From a virus: a DNA stretch of 64,000 bases. The notes under the pieces are model-generated. The model saw only the letters and a list, made by a program, of their open reading frames with translations. It had not been told where the DNA came from and searched no databases. Below, in pieces: positions 17,370 to 26,801 of the stretch. Made by a program: the position numbers and the translations under genes. The stretch's first letter is position 1, and the number at the start of each line of letters is the position of its first letter. The stretch is from IMG/VR virus record IMGVR_UViG_3300021185_001174, positions 56,811 through 120,810 of that record; one strand, written 5' to 3'.

Positions 17370-18292
17370 AAACTATTCCTATGTACAAATTCTAAGGCTC
17401 TTTCTGCCTCTTTATCTAATGGTCTTTTATTATACCAATTGCCTGTATCTAAATCTAATTCTCTACATAAGTAGGCGATTTCTTTAGAGGTAATTGGATA
17501 CTTGTTACTTATAGCGTTACCTGCTAGTGCCACCATAATCTGATACATTTTATGATACCAGCCACTGCCTGTAATCGTTCTATATTCTTGTTCTAATTTC
17601 TTTGGAAAAAACGGACAGTCTTTATAACCAGTCCATGATACCTTAGTATTAGTTAGTGAAGATTTCATGTGAGCCATCATGGCCTCTTGCATCTTCTTAG
17701 GTAATTTATCAAAGAATGAATTCCCACTTTTTTCTATATACTCATGGCGAGACATAATATCATGGGGAGATATTGGCTCACCTTGTTTAGTAAAGATAAA
17801 GTTATGCGCATTAGCATACTTGCCAGGGATGTAATACATTCTTGATAAATCTTTGGTCTGGATATCACCCATTTCACCAAGTTCTTTGTTGAGGGCATAC
17901 CAGAAGTGTTTAATATTGTCTTTGTTAACAAACTCTGTAAGGGGAAAGACAAGTCTAAACTTTGGCAAGTCTTTTGTGGATGAAGCAGTAGAGTAACAGA
18001 TATAATGATAATCTTTACATTTCTTGTCCAAGAACTCTTGTAAGTCCTCGGTGCAATCATCTACATCTATGGCACACCAGCCACCCCAACCTTGTACATT
18101 ATCATTCTTTCTTGTAGTACCAGCAGAATAAAAAGCAGGAGACATTAGTTCTGCAGACTTTTTATCTTTTCTGGGTTTCTCGGAAAGTCGATATAGTATT
18201 GTTTCAAAGTCTTTGAATGTGGGTAAATCTATACTCTTGTTAGTCTGAACATCAAAGAGTGATTCAAATAGTGTGCCTGATACTTTATCCAT
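17366..18292 (-). CDS. Archaeo-eukaryotic primase (prim-pol)-like protein
   Basis: AIDVDD (DxD), YSTASS...KFRLVFPL and DLSRMYYIP, plus a helical C-terminal domain. Confidence 0.7.
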   Translation of the reverse strand: MDKVSGTLFESLFDVQTNKSIDLPTFKDFETILYRLSEKPRKDKKSAELMSPAFYSAGTTRKNDNVQGWGGWCAIDVDDCTEDLQEFLDKKCKDYHYICYSTASSTKDLPKFRLVFPLTEFVNKDNIKHFWYALNKELGEMGDIQTKDLSRMYYIPGKYANAHNFIFTKQGEPISPHDIMSRHEYIEKSGNSFFDKLPKKMQEAMMAHMKSSLTNTKVSWTGYKDCPFFPKKLEQEYRTITGSGWYHKMYQIMVALAGNAISNKYPITSKEIAYLCRELDLDTGNWYNKRPLDKEAERALEFVHRNSL

Positions 18293-18301
18293 AATAGGTA
18301 T

Positions 18302-18330
18302 ATTATACTACATTTTAATCTGATTGTAAA
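18302..18330 (-). promoter_or_regulatory. Early promoter
   Basis: TTTACA-N17-TATAAT. Confidence 0.85.
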
Positions 18331-19226
18331 GGGGTTTTTAAAATTAATTTTAAATTTTTATAGTCGGTGAAAAATCTTCGTTTGTGTTGTAACTTCCAAC
18401 CCTTATGTGAACCTTCTACTAACTCAACAACTCTAAAGTTCTTAGGCCAGACCTTAACAAATCTCTCATAGAGTTTGCGTCTCTTCTCTTTACTTTCCCA
18501 GTGGTTCATATTACCACCTTTTTGAGTCGCAGTACCAGGAGCATCAAATAGGATATGAGAGAAAGAAATTGTACACCACTTGTTTTCTAAGGCTGTGAGT
18601 GTATAATGCCAGTCCTCTACACCTGATAGATTTTCTGGCCAAGTAACATCAGCTTCATTCTTAATGAGAACACAGCTGTATGCGAGTTGGTTTACTTTAA
18701 CTGGATATCTTTTACTAAAAGCAAATGCTGGACTTGTAAGGCCTGATATGGCAACATTAGAGAATAGACCAATTGTCTTTTCTACCACGGCCAAGGCATT
18801 GATACCTTTAACCACAACATTCTTATCATTCATTCTGATTCTAAACTTTTTAATATCATCATCCATTTGCCAGTGATATGTATCACCTTGGGCTTTAGAG
18901 TATTCTTTGATAAAGTTTCTGACATATGAAATGCCTCTATCGTTAGCTTCAATATTAACTAATATATCTTTATCGTGATATTTGGAATACTCTTCATAAT
19001 CTTGAGGTTCAACAAACAACTTATATGGTATATTTTCTTCTAATAATGTTTTAGGAGTAAATGCACAATCTGCTCTTCCCTTACTTGGGACATATATAGG
19101 ATGAGATACATCTGTATAATTTTCATGTTCTGATATAAGGTCAGAAACATATGTTACTATATCAAAGTCAGCTTCATCACTAAATAAAGGATTGTGCTCT
19201 ACTATATATTTGTTTAAGTTTGTCAT
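18315..19226 (-). CDS. GT-A glycosyltransferase, TET-associated (TAGT/GREB1-like) family, copy 1
   Basis: PIYVPSKGRAD, FVEPQDY, GISYVRNFI, WQMDDDI, EDWHYTL and KGGN. Confidence 0.8.
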   Translation of the reverse strand: MTNLNKYIVEHNPLFSDEADFDIVTYVSDLISEHENYTDVSHPIYVPSKGRADCAFTPKTLLEENIPYKLFVEPQDYEEYSKYHDKDILVNIEANDRGISYVRNFIKEYSKAQGDTYHWQMDDDIKKFRIRMNDKNVVVKGINALAVVEKTIGLFSNVAISGLTSPAFAFSKRYPVKVNQLAYSCVLIKNEADVTWPENLSGVEDWHYTLTALENKWCTISFSHILFDAPGTATQKGGNMNHWESKEKRRKLYERFVKVWPKNFRVVELVEGSHKGWKLQHKRRFFTDYKNLKLILKTPLQSD

Positions 19227-19585
19227 TATTCTACTAGAATATGTCCTTCGTCAATTACTTCGTCAACATCTGGGTTGCCATCAATTTGGTCTTCATGCAT
19301 CCATCTAAGAAGCGAGTTCTTACTTTTGTCTGCAGGTGGATACCAAACACCTTTTGTTTTAGGTGTTACTGTTTGGCCAATAAGTTCTGCAAATGCCAAT
19401 AGGTCTTCTTCATTACGGAATCTTACCTTAATACATTTCCATGCCTCATTCTGCTTCTGGTCAAACTCTGGCATTGAATCCCACTGATGTGGTGTCTCTG
19501 CCTCTTCTTCTCCTGATAATACAAATAGACTTTCACCTTCGTAATTGATTTGTCTATCTTTGGTTGAATTATTTTTACTTGCCAT
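19226..19585 (-). CDS. Conserved accessory protein between the two glycosyltransferases
   Basis: 119 aa with WDSMPEF, VRFRNEED and KTKGVWYP; translationally coupled on both sides. Confidence 0.7.
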   Translation of the reverse strand: MASKNNSTKDRQINYEGESLFVLSGEEEAETPHQWDSMPEFDQKQNEAWKCIKVRFRNEEDLLAFAELIGQTVTPKTKGVWYPPADKSKNSLLRWMHEDQIDGNPDVDEVIDEGHILVE

Positions 19586-20484
19586 TATACTGCCTCCTTC
19601 TTTAATCTGACTAGTTTAAGACCTTTATTGTCTGTTACCTTAGGTATATTTAGGTCTGGTTTGAGAGTTGGTTTTTCTTTTTGGAATATAGAGTAATCAA
19701 TGTGGTGATGCCACCTACCCCACTTCCAAGTAACTTTAACACAATCTGGATGTTGTCGTCTTAATGATTCTGCAAACTCTCTTCTGTTATCAAAATCATC
19801 ATTACCTTTACGATTGCCTTGGTCACCTGTTTGGTCAATGTTATATAACTCTTCCGTATTACCACCTTTCATTGTCATAGTAGTAATCTTACCACAATTA
19901 AAGTTGTTAAATAGGAAAGTATGATAACCAGCCTTCATAATTCTTAGAGATAAATCTGTATCTTCATTGAATCGGCCTCTCCACGCAAACTCTGGATAGA
20001 TATCATTCGCCAATAAGATACATGAATATACCCTAGTGTTATGATAATATGGAGGTCGCTTGGTAGTCGCAGGTAGGAAATAACTATAGTTCATACCAGA
20101 CATTTTAACATTTTCATATCGGTCGGTAAACTCTTCACACGCAGTGAAACAAGTACCATCTGTTACCTTAATCTTAGCATTCTTATGGAGTCTATACATA
20201 TGTTGTATATTATCATCAAGAATCCAATGTCTTTCAGCACCAGTAGAACATGCATGTTCCCAAACAAAGTTACGGACTGGTATAGAACCTAGACCTAGAT
20301 TAGTAAATGGAGTAACTAGAATATTGGCTGGGTCAATGACTGCCGCATAATCGTTATACTCTTGAGGTTCAATTACTATAGTATAAGGTGTGCCGTTTGC
20401 TTCTAGTGTCTTAACTGTTAGTCTAGTGTCAGCACGACCCTTTGATATAATATAGATTGGATATTTTGGTTGATTACCTGCCAT
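19585..20484 (-). CDS. GT-A glycosyltransferase, TAGT/GREB1-like family, copy 2
   Basis: PIYIISKGRAD, VIEPQEY, GSIPVRNFV, WILDDNI, FNEDTDLSL and KGGNT. Confidence 0.82.
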   Translation of the reverse strand: MAGNQPKYPIYIISKGRADTRLTVKTLEANGTPYTIVIEPQEYNDYAAVIDPANILVTPFTNLGLGSIPVRNFVWEHACSTGAERHWILDDNIQHMYRLHKNAKIKVTDGTCFTACEEFTDRYENVKMSGMNYSYFLPATTKRPPYYHNTRVYSCILLANDIYPEFAWRGRFNEDTDLSLRIMKAGYHTFLFNNFNCGKITTMTMKGGNTEELYNIDQTGDQGNRKGNDDFDNRREFAESLRRQHPDCVKVTWKWGRWHHHIDYSIFQKEKPTLKPDLNIPKVTDNKGLKLVRLKKEAV

Positions 20485-20792
20485 TATTCCTCCTTGATAA
20501 AGATACCATCTACCATTTTACCTTTTCGGTCTTTGATATCATTATACGCCACTTCTAAACATCTATCGATAGTGAGATTATTTCTCATAGCAATATTAAT
20601 TAATACTACCATACAATCTCCAATATCATCTGCGACATCTTTACCCTTACATACATTATCAGAAAGTTCACCGACTTCCTGAATCAGTTTACATACTTGG
20701 TCCTTATCTGTGGCTCCATCAATAAGATTTCTGTCTTGATGCCACTGGCCAATTTTCTGGACCAATTCACCTGTTCGAGCACTTGTATTCAT
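20484..20792 (-). CDS. mazG: MazG-like nucleotide pyrophosphohydrolase
   Basis: KLIQEVGEL...DDIGD (ExxE...D) and AYNDIKDRKG. Confidence 0.85.
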   Translation of the reverse strand: MNTSARTGELVQKIGQWHQDRNLIDGATDKDQVCKLIQEVGELSDNVCKGKDVADDIGDCMVVLINIAMRNNLTIDRCLEVAYNDIKDRKGKMVDGIFIKEE

Positions 20793-21079
20793 TAGACTAT
20801 GATATCCGTGTTTGGTGTAATTAAAGATGATTTAGGCTTAAGTTGTGCCTGAATCTGTTGTACTAATTCATCTAATGGGTCAGCAATAAACAGTACAAAC
20901 TGCTTGTTGATTTTAAGACCATCTTTAGCATTCTTAGTATATGGCATGAATGGCATAAATGCAATCTTTCCTTCTCCGCCTGGGATTAGGACAAAGCCAT
21001 TTTTAACGATAACAGAGTTATCACTTTCAGTGACATCTCCAATGATTTCTTCTCCTGATGAGATTCTTACTAGTTTCAT
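20792..21079 (-). CDS. Conserved hypothetical protein (Sm-like start MKLVRISSGEEII)
   Basis: 95 aa ORF with its own promoter. Confidence 0.75.
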   Translation of the reverse strand: MKLVRISSGEEIIGDVTESDNSVIVKNGFVLIPGGEGKIAFMPFMPYTKNAKDGLKINKQFVLFIADPLDELVQQIQAQLKPKSSLITPNTDIIV

Positions 21080-21108
21080 ATTATTTCCTTAGTGTGTTTA
21101 TATGTTAT

Positions 21109-21137
21109 ATTATACTATACTTTTAACCAAAAGTAAA
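21109..21137 (-). promoter_or_regulatory. Early promoter (mazG-glycosyltransferase operon)
   Basis: TTTACT-N17-TATAAT. Confidence 0.85.
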
Positions 21138-21142
21138 GTGTT

Positions 21143-23650
21143 TTATCCAAAAAAGTCCTCTAAACTTGAAGTTTCTTCGGTATTCCATCCAATCGCCTTG
21201 AAGATAGGTTCTATAGGGTCAAGGAATGTTTTTTGAAATTGTGTCTCGTAATCTATATAGGAATCCAATTCAAACTCTTTTGGGAGATACTGCATGAAGC
21301 CGATTACATTTTCTTTGATAGGATTGGGTGACTTGAGATATATAAATTTAATCTTCTCGCCATTCTTAATTGGCTGATACTTTTTGGTCAGACTTTTATT
21401 CTTTAACATTCTGTTATGGAGTAGAGCGGCACGAACATGCATTGGACAACCCTTCTTGTAAATGGTCTGCATATTTGAATACTCTGTAACATTACTAACG
21501 CCACGAGGGAATGCAATATCATGGGCTGGTAATGTTTGGAAGTAATCCTTGAATTGTAAGATAGCCTGTTGATTATCTTTCTCGGAACCCTTCATAATTA
21601 CTTTGAACAATTCTTTAAGAGCATCTCGGCAAGGGGCAGGAGTTGAAGATTTAATAGCCTCGATACCCATGATTTTGAGTTTAGGTTCTTTGTATCGAAC
21701 ACCCTCGTTATCATGCACGTTTAGGATATATCTTTTCTTGGCTGTCCATATGGCACGGTCTGCAATGGCCTCTCTTTTCATAACCATACGATTATCGATG
21801 CCACCCATATGGTCAAACAGTTCTTGATATGCCTGACTAAGGACTGGTTCTAGTTTTTCACTAGCAACTTTATCAAGAAAGTCAACCGGATTGGATGGGT
21901 TAACCTGTTCGACCAATGGGCCAAGATTAACATAGAGCGAGTCTGTGTCAATGGCAATGATATAATCGGTATCTGTGTTCATGACTTTATTTAGGTATTT
22001 ATTTAAAGCGACTTCTGCCCAACGGATAGTAAGCTGACCAGATAATGTAATTGCCTCTGCAATACGTTGGTCAAAGAAACGGAAGTACTTGTTACCCATA
22101 GCGCCATAGAGTGAGTTAAGTAGAATTTTAATAGCCATCTGTTGATTTTCTGCCACGGATATTTTACGTTCTATATCATAGAGTTTTTGTTTATCACCAG
22201 GAACTACCTTCTGTAATTCTTTCTGAGCCTCAATCATCTGTTTCTTGATTATGACACGTTCACTATATAAATCATCTACTAGGGTAGGCATCATGCCTTT
22301 CTTATCACTACTAAAGCATTGACCATTACCGCCTACAGCATGACCATCTCGGTCAAAGGTATACCCATCAAGTATCTTATCGATATTGATAGGAAGGACT
22401 TGGCCGTTTAAGATAGTTTCGGGCGACATATTATATTGCATAATGATTGACGGATAGAGAGAGTTAAGGTCAAACGATACCACGTGTTCGTGTAAACCAA
22501 CTACTGGGTCTTTTACATATCCGCCAGGGTAATTAGTCTTAATCTTATTCTCGGAGAATGGCATTGCAATCTTTCGGTCATTGAGATATCTGTAAATAAT
22601 AGTATCCCAGATTGCAGTAACTCCGAACGTGTCCGAATAGTTAACGCCACCTTTATATGCCATAGTCAACATAAGAGTGATAAGGCCCATCTTGTCTTCT
22701 AGTCTGTCAACCAACTCAACATCTTTGATATTATAATCAATAAACTTTTGGTGGTCATTTTTGTATAGACTATGGAGTGAGCCGTATTCTTCATATGACA
22801 GTTTCTTCTCGCCTAGAATAACGTGAGCAATATGATTAAGAGCATAAGATTCTTGGGCTGTGTAAGTATACTTCTGAAATAGTTCCATGTAATCTGCATG
22901 ACCAATACCCTTGATATCAAAGATAGTCTGTTCTCTGTTCATTTTACGAGCAGTTCTTCTGTCTACCATACCCCAAGGAGAAAGCCTTTTAGGAGCATCA
23001 TCACCAAGCATTCTGATAATACGATTTACAATGTATGGTATATCAAAGTACATAGTATTCCAGCCAGTAATAACATCAGGACATTGACTAGGTAGTGACC
23101 AGTGATTAATAAAATTATGTAATAGTGTAAGTTCTGATTCACATTTTACATAGACTACGCGGTGTGATTTCATATAAGATTGGTCTGTATCGAAATCTCC
23201 AAGACCCCACACATAATAAGTATTGTCAATATTGTTCTTCATCGCAATGGATATGATAGGGTGTTCTGCTTGTTCTGGTTCTGGGAAACCATCATCGGAA
23301 GCAACCTCGATATCAATAGAGGTTACGTTGATTAGGTTACGATTAAATTCTATCTCGCCAGGGAACTGGTCGTTGATAAACTGGGATATGTATCTGTCAT
23401 TGCCATAGATTTCTCTACCAGCAGTATGCTTATTGATATCCATCCAGTCTTTAGCCTCACGCATAGAATCGAACTTGATAGGTGCACATGGATTACCATC
23501 GAGCGAAGTCCAATCTCCCTGCGGAGTATTTACGAATAAGGTGGGTTTGTATTTGATGCGCTTTGCAACTTTAGTGCCATTTTCATAGCCACGATAAAGT
23601 AACATATTCGCATATCGAGTTACATTTGTATAAAAATTCATATAGTCCAA
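21143..23650 (-). CDS. gp43: Family B DNA polymerase
   Basis: DIEV exonuclease motif, SFDLNSLYPS, KILLNSLYGA and IDTDS. Confidence 0.98.
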   Translation of the reverse strand: MDYMNFYTNVTRYANMLLYRGYENGTKVAKRIKYKPTLFVNTPQGDWTSLDGNPCAPIKFDSMREAKDWMDINKHTAGREIYGNDRYISQFINDQFPGEIEFNRNLINVTSIDIEVASDDGFPEPEQAEHPIISIAMKNNIDNTYYVWGLGDFDTDQSYMKSHRVVYVKCESELTLLHNFINHWSLPSQCPDVITGWNTMYFDIPYIVNRIIRMLGDDAPKRLSPWGMVDRRTARKMNREQTIFDIKGIGHADYMELFQKYTYTAQESYALNHIAHVILGEKKLSYEEYGSLHSLYKNDHQKFIDYNIKDVELVDRLEDKMGLITLMLTMAYKGGVNYSDTFGVTAIWDTIIYRYLNDRKIAMPFSENKIKTNYPGGYVKDPVVGLHEHVVSFDLNSLYPSIIMQYNMSPETILNGQVLPINIDKILDGYTFDRDGHAVGGNGQCFSSDKKGMMPTLVDDLYSERVIIKKQMIEAQKELQKVVPGDKQKLYDIERKISVAENQQMAIKILLNSLYGAMGNKYFRFFDQRIAEAITLSGQLTIRWAEVALNKYLNKVMNTDTDYIIAIDTDSLYVNLGPLVEQVNPSNPVDFLDKVASEKLEPVLSQAYQELFDHMGGIDNRMVMKREAIADRAIWTAKKRYILNVHDNEGVRYKEPKLKIMGIEAIKSSTPAPCRDALKELFKVIMKGSEKDNQQAILQFKDYFQTLPAHDIAFPRGVSNVTEYSNMQTIYKKGCPMHVRAALLHNRMLKNKSLTKKYQPIKNGEKIKFIYLKSPNPIKENVIGFMQYLPKEFELDSYIDYETQFQKTFLDPIEPIFKAIGWNTEETSSLEDFFG

Positions 23651-23671
23651 TCCATAATTAAATATAGTACT

Positions 23672-23700
23672 ATTATACTACACTTCACGCATAATGTAAA
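23672..23700 (-). promoter_or_regulatory. Early promoter (gp43)
   Basis: TTTACA-N17-TATAAT. Confidence 0.85.
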
Positions 23701-23710
23701 GAGGTTTTTT

Positions 23711-23746
23711 AAAAAAGTTTGGGTGATACCCCGAAGGATACCACCC
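23711..23746 (-). terminator. Intrinsic terminator with C(UUCG)G tetraloop
   Basis: GGGTGGTATCC-TTCG-GGGTATCACCC followed by AAACTTTTTT. Confidence 0.85.
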
Positions 23747-23765
23747 TAGTTTTTAGTCAATGACC

Positions 23766-23906
23766 TTAAATCCCTGTCCAGGCTAACCAAATAATACTTG
23801 GGGCAATCATAAATGATACACCAATATATAAGGCTAGTTCTGCCATTTCTTTAAGGGCCAAAGACAAATCATCATGTTTGTGCATGATGTTGAGTAAAGT
23901 TCTCAT
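23766..23906 (-). CDS. Small membrane protein (46 aa)
   Basis: Hand translation MRTLLNIMHKHDDLSLALKEMAELALYIGVSFMIAPSIIWLAWTGI; GGAG RBS. Confidence 0.6.
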   Translation of the reverse strand: MRTLLNIMHKHDDLSLALKEMAELALYIGVSFMIAPSIIWLAWTGI

Positions 23907-23965
23907 TTTGTATCTCCAGTAGAAATTGTTTCAAATATCTACTAGGTTTCGCTGCTCACCGGAAT

Positions 23966-24421
23966 CTATTCTTGAATAAATTCCTTCTTCTTTGATGCCC
24001 CAGCAGACCCTAAGTGAATCTTCCTAGGACGCCTCTCTTCTGGAACTTCAACTCTGGCATTCACCACAAGTATCCCATTCACAAGGTCGGCACCATCTAT
24101 AACGACAAACTCGGAAAGACGGAAGTTCTTTTCGAATTTACGGGATGATATACCCTTATGTGCATATTCACGCTCATCATCTTCAGACTTTACACCTTTC
24201 ACTAAAAGAATCCCGTCCTTTACTTCTACGGAAATATCTTCTTCCGAGAATCCAGCAACTGCAAGTTCAATGATAAAGTGTTCATCATCTACCTTAACAA
24301 CGTTATGGGGTGGATAGTTATCTTGAGCTCTTCCAGCTGAGTGGATTCTTTCAAGTTCATTTAGTATAGGTTCAAATCCTATGAATAGTGAACGAGGCAC
24401 GTTCATTGTATTTCTTACCAT
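23966..24421 (-). CDS. Small heat shock protein (Hsp20/IbpA-like)
   Basis: NYPPHNVVK, ELAVAGFS and GADLVNGIL. Confidence 0.95.
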   Translation of the reverse strand: MVRNTMNVPRSLFIGFEPILNELERIHSAGRAQDNYPPHNVVKVDDEHFIIELAVAGFSEEDISVEVKDGILLVKGVKSEDDEREYAHKGISSRKFEKNFRLSEFVVIDGADLVNGILVVNARVEVPEERRPRKIHLGSAGASKKKEFIQE

Positions 24422-24455
24422 TTTAGTTTCCTCCTATGTATAGCAAGGTTAATAT

Positions 24456-24480
24456 GTGGACCCGATTATTCAGCATCCAC
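24456..24480 (-). promoter_or_regulatory. 5'UTR bulged-G hairpin, copy 1
   Basis: GTGGAT-G-CTG-AATAAT-CGG-GTCCAC; shares its core with 27103-27131. Confidence 0.55.
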
Positions 24481-24483
24481 TAT

Positions 24484-24491
24484 TATTTATA
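24484..24491 (-). promoter_or_regulatory. Late promoter (hsp20)
   Basis: Intergenic TATAAATA. Confidence 0.8.
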
Positions 24492-24576
24492 CAGCACAAA
24501 ATGTTAGTTTAAGATATTTCTCCAAACATTTTGTATTCTGTTTTGTTTCAATAATTCGTGTAACTTATTGAAAAAG

Positions 24577-25017
24577 TTATTTTGCGTTATCCTTTGCATT
24601 ACTATTTCCTATATTGTATTTAGGACATAGTTGCCATTCTACCTTTTCTTTATAAGGAATGACTTTGATTTGTCTTAATGGAGCTACGTCCTTACTCTGC
24701 TCAGGATTTAGGACTGTGATAAGTCCCCAATCAGCAAGTAGAGTAGCTATTGTATTTCTTCTGTGCAAGTCATTTTCTATTAAGTTAGATGGTTTACCAT
24801 CCAATAGAAACAACTCTTTAAAGTGAACAATAAAGTATCTGCCTTGTTTATGTAATATATGACAAGACTGATATAGCTTCTGGTCTTTGCGAGATGCTAC
24901 ACCGATACGTGTTAATGTTTCTCTAATCTTTAGAAAATCATCTGGTTCGTTGAGTGAGATTTCCAACATATCTGCTGGAGTCCAATTTTTAACTTCAATA
25001 TTATTTTCGTTTTCCAC
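24577..25017 (-). CDS. regA: Translational repressor RegA
   Basis: EPDDFLKIRETLTRIGVAS, CHILHKQGRYFIVHFKELF and WQLCPKY. Confidence 0.97.
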   Translation of the reverse strand: MENENNIEVKNWTPADMLEISLNEPDDFLKIRETLTRIGVASRKDQKLYQSCHILHKQGRYFIVHFKELFLLDGKPSNLIENDLHRRNTIATLLADWGLITVLNPEQSKDVAPLRQIKVIPYKEKVEWQLCPKYNIGNSNAKDNAK

Positions 25018-25381
25018 CTTTATACATCCTTTTTTTCAATGTTTCCAACTGTTCATTATTTAGTAAGGATAGTACGGACTTAGCCTTTTCATTACTATAT
25101 CCATAATATTCTTTGATAATTTCCAAATTAGAAACGGATTCTGGTTTGGCCCATTTGGACCACCTTTTCTGCTTCTTAATTATATTTATAAAAAAATCAT
25201 ATTGAAGCCGTGCATCCAGGTGATGGTTTACGTTCATTTCATTGGCATATAAAATGCAGTCTCGGAAGTTACCTAAGCCACGATTGACTATAAAGGAATT
25301 ATACTCCTTCTCGGCGATATCATCTATCATTATGCCTTTCTTGTTATTAGTGATATCGTTTATATAATCAAAGGGATTCAT
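25001..25381 (-). CDS. gp62: Clamp loader small subunit
   Basis: MNPFDYINDI, YNSFIVNR and YYGYSNEKA; synteny. Confidence 0.92.
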   Translation of the reverse strand: MNPFDYINDITNNKKGIMIDDIAEKEYNSFIVNRGLGNFRDCILYANEMNVNHHLDARLQYDFFINIIKKQKRWSKWAKPESVSNLEIIKEYYGYSNEKAKSVLSLLNNEQLETLKKRMYKGGKRK

Positions 25382-25547
25382 CTCGAGCCTTCTTTAAAAA
25401 TTGTTTAGCTTGGTCTTCTTTAACAAATGTTTTCTCAAAGATAACCACACTTTTGTCACTATACTTAACAACTCTATACTGCTTTTTAGTTCCAGCATAG
25501 TGTACTTCCACTATCTGCCATTTTGACCATTCATAACTATCTGTCAT
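25368..25547 (-). CDS. Hypothetical protein (59 aa)
   Basis: Hand translation MTDSYEWSKWQIVEVHYAG...; ATGA overlap with the gp44 stop. Confidence 0.55.
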   Translation of the reverse strand: MTDSYEWSKWQIVEVHYAGTKKQYRVVKYSDKSVVIFEKTFVKEDQAKQFLKKARDESL

Positions 25548-26482
25548 TTGAACGATACTCCAGCCATAATTTCAGTACAACATGCAACCATATTAATTTC
25601 ATGGTCAGCAACGAAACTGTTTTTATATTGATAGTCAGCGAGAATAAGGACAAGCTGTGGGATACTTTGTGGTTCCACATACTCATACATATTGTCATAT
25701 AACTTCCTAAAGAGAGCCGCAGGTTCTTGGTCAATGTTATCTGTAACCCATTGTCGCATCTTCTTAAAGTCTTTAGCTTTGAGTGCGGACATAAGACTAC
25801 TGATAGACACTTCTGATAAAGAAACAAGGATGCCTGTATCTATGTGATTAGAAACAGAATACCTTTGTAACTCATTGAGAACTCTACGCCAGTCTGGCAG
25901 ATATTTCATAATAAGTTCAGCCACTACAGCCTCTTCATATTCAACACCTTCTTGGGTTAAGATAGTACAGCACCTTTCTAGGAACTGCATACATAACTTA
26001 GGAGTGTCTTTCTTTGCAATGTTAAATTCTATAACAGAACAGCGAGAGTGTAGTGGGTCAATGATTCTGTTTTTAAAGTTACAGGTCATTATGAACCTAC
26101 AGTTGTTACTGAATTCTTCAATGAATCCACGTAACGCGGGTTGGGTGGATTGGGGATTTAGATAATCTGCCTCATCTAAAATAACCACCTTGTATCCACC
26201 CTGTAATGATACTGTCGAAGCAAAGTGTTTAATCTTTGTTCTAAGTGTATCAATGTTGCCTTCTTCTGAACCATTAATGACTAGATAATCTAATCCTAGT
26301 GATTTACATAAAGCCTTAGCAACAGTTGTCTTACCGATACCCGCAGTACCAGTAAGAAGTAAATTTGGAATCTCGCCAGTATCAACGATTGTTTGAAATG
26401 TTTTCTTAATCGAAGTTGGTAAGATTGTGTCTTGTATTGTTTGTGGTCGGTATTTCTCTACCCATAGAAACTCATTGTTCAT
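25544..26482 (-). CDS. gp44: Clamp loader large subunit
   Basis: WVEKYRP, GTAGIGKTT, LDEAD and SRC motifs. Confidence 0.97.
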   Translation of the reverse strand: MNNEFLWVEKYRPQTIQDTILPTSIKKTFQTIVDTGEIPNLLLTGTAGIGKTTVAKALCKSLGLDYLVINGSEEGNIDTLRTKIKHFASTVSLQGGYKVVILDEADYLNPQSTQPALRGFIEEFSNNCRFIMTCNFKNRIIDPLHSRCSVIEFNIAKKDTPKLCMQFLERCCTILTQEGVEYEEAVVAELIMKYLPDWRRVLNELQRYSVSNHIDTGILVSLSEVSISSLMSALKAKDFKKMRQWVTDNIDQEPAALFRKLYDNMYEYVEPQSIPQLVLILADYQYKNSFVADHEINMVACCTEIMAGVSFK

Positions 26483-26739
26483 TGCATAATCTCCCAGCCA
26501 GTAACAGTATTAACTCTAAAGGAACGCCATGCTCCCTTGTCGATACACCACACAGCGATGTGGTCCGAATCTGGTGAAACACTTTCCAATATAGTACCGA
26601 CTCCATTCTTACGCAAAATCTCTGGGTTTAGAGATGATTCCATAATTCGAATTTCGTTGGTAATGATTTTCTTAAAAGTGATATTGACTATCCCGTTTTG
26701 TAAGGCTGAGATAAGAGCCGAAACTTCAGTTTTGTTCAT
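26479..26739 (-). CDS. Small SH3/WYL-like barrel protein
   Basis: VNITFKK...VWCIDKGAWRSFR. Start moved to MNKTE at 26739 because the longer ORF overlaps a terminator. Confidence 0.7.
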   Translation of the reverse strand: MNKTEVSALISALQNGIVNITFKKIITNEIRIMESSLNPEILRKNGVGTILESVSPDSDHIAVWCIDKGAWRSFRVNTVTGWEIMQ

Positions 26740-26757
26740 AATATAATCCTTGTAATA

Positions 26758-26783
26758 ATAAAAATATGGGGGAGCCACCCCCA
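26758..26783 (-). terminator. Intrinsic terminator
   Basis: TGGGGG-TGGCT-CCCCCA followed by TATTTTT. Confidence 0.65.
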
Positions 26784-26801
26784 CACTCATGGCTAGTTCG
26801 A

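Noticed and set aside
21143-23650. Introns, inteins or homing endonucleases in core genes (gp43, gp41, uvsX, gp17, gp23)
   Set aside because: The ORFs are uninterrupted and of normal length, and no GIY-YIG, HNH or LAGLIDADG motifs were recognised.
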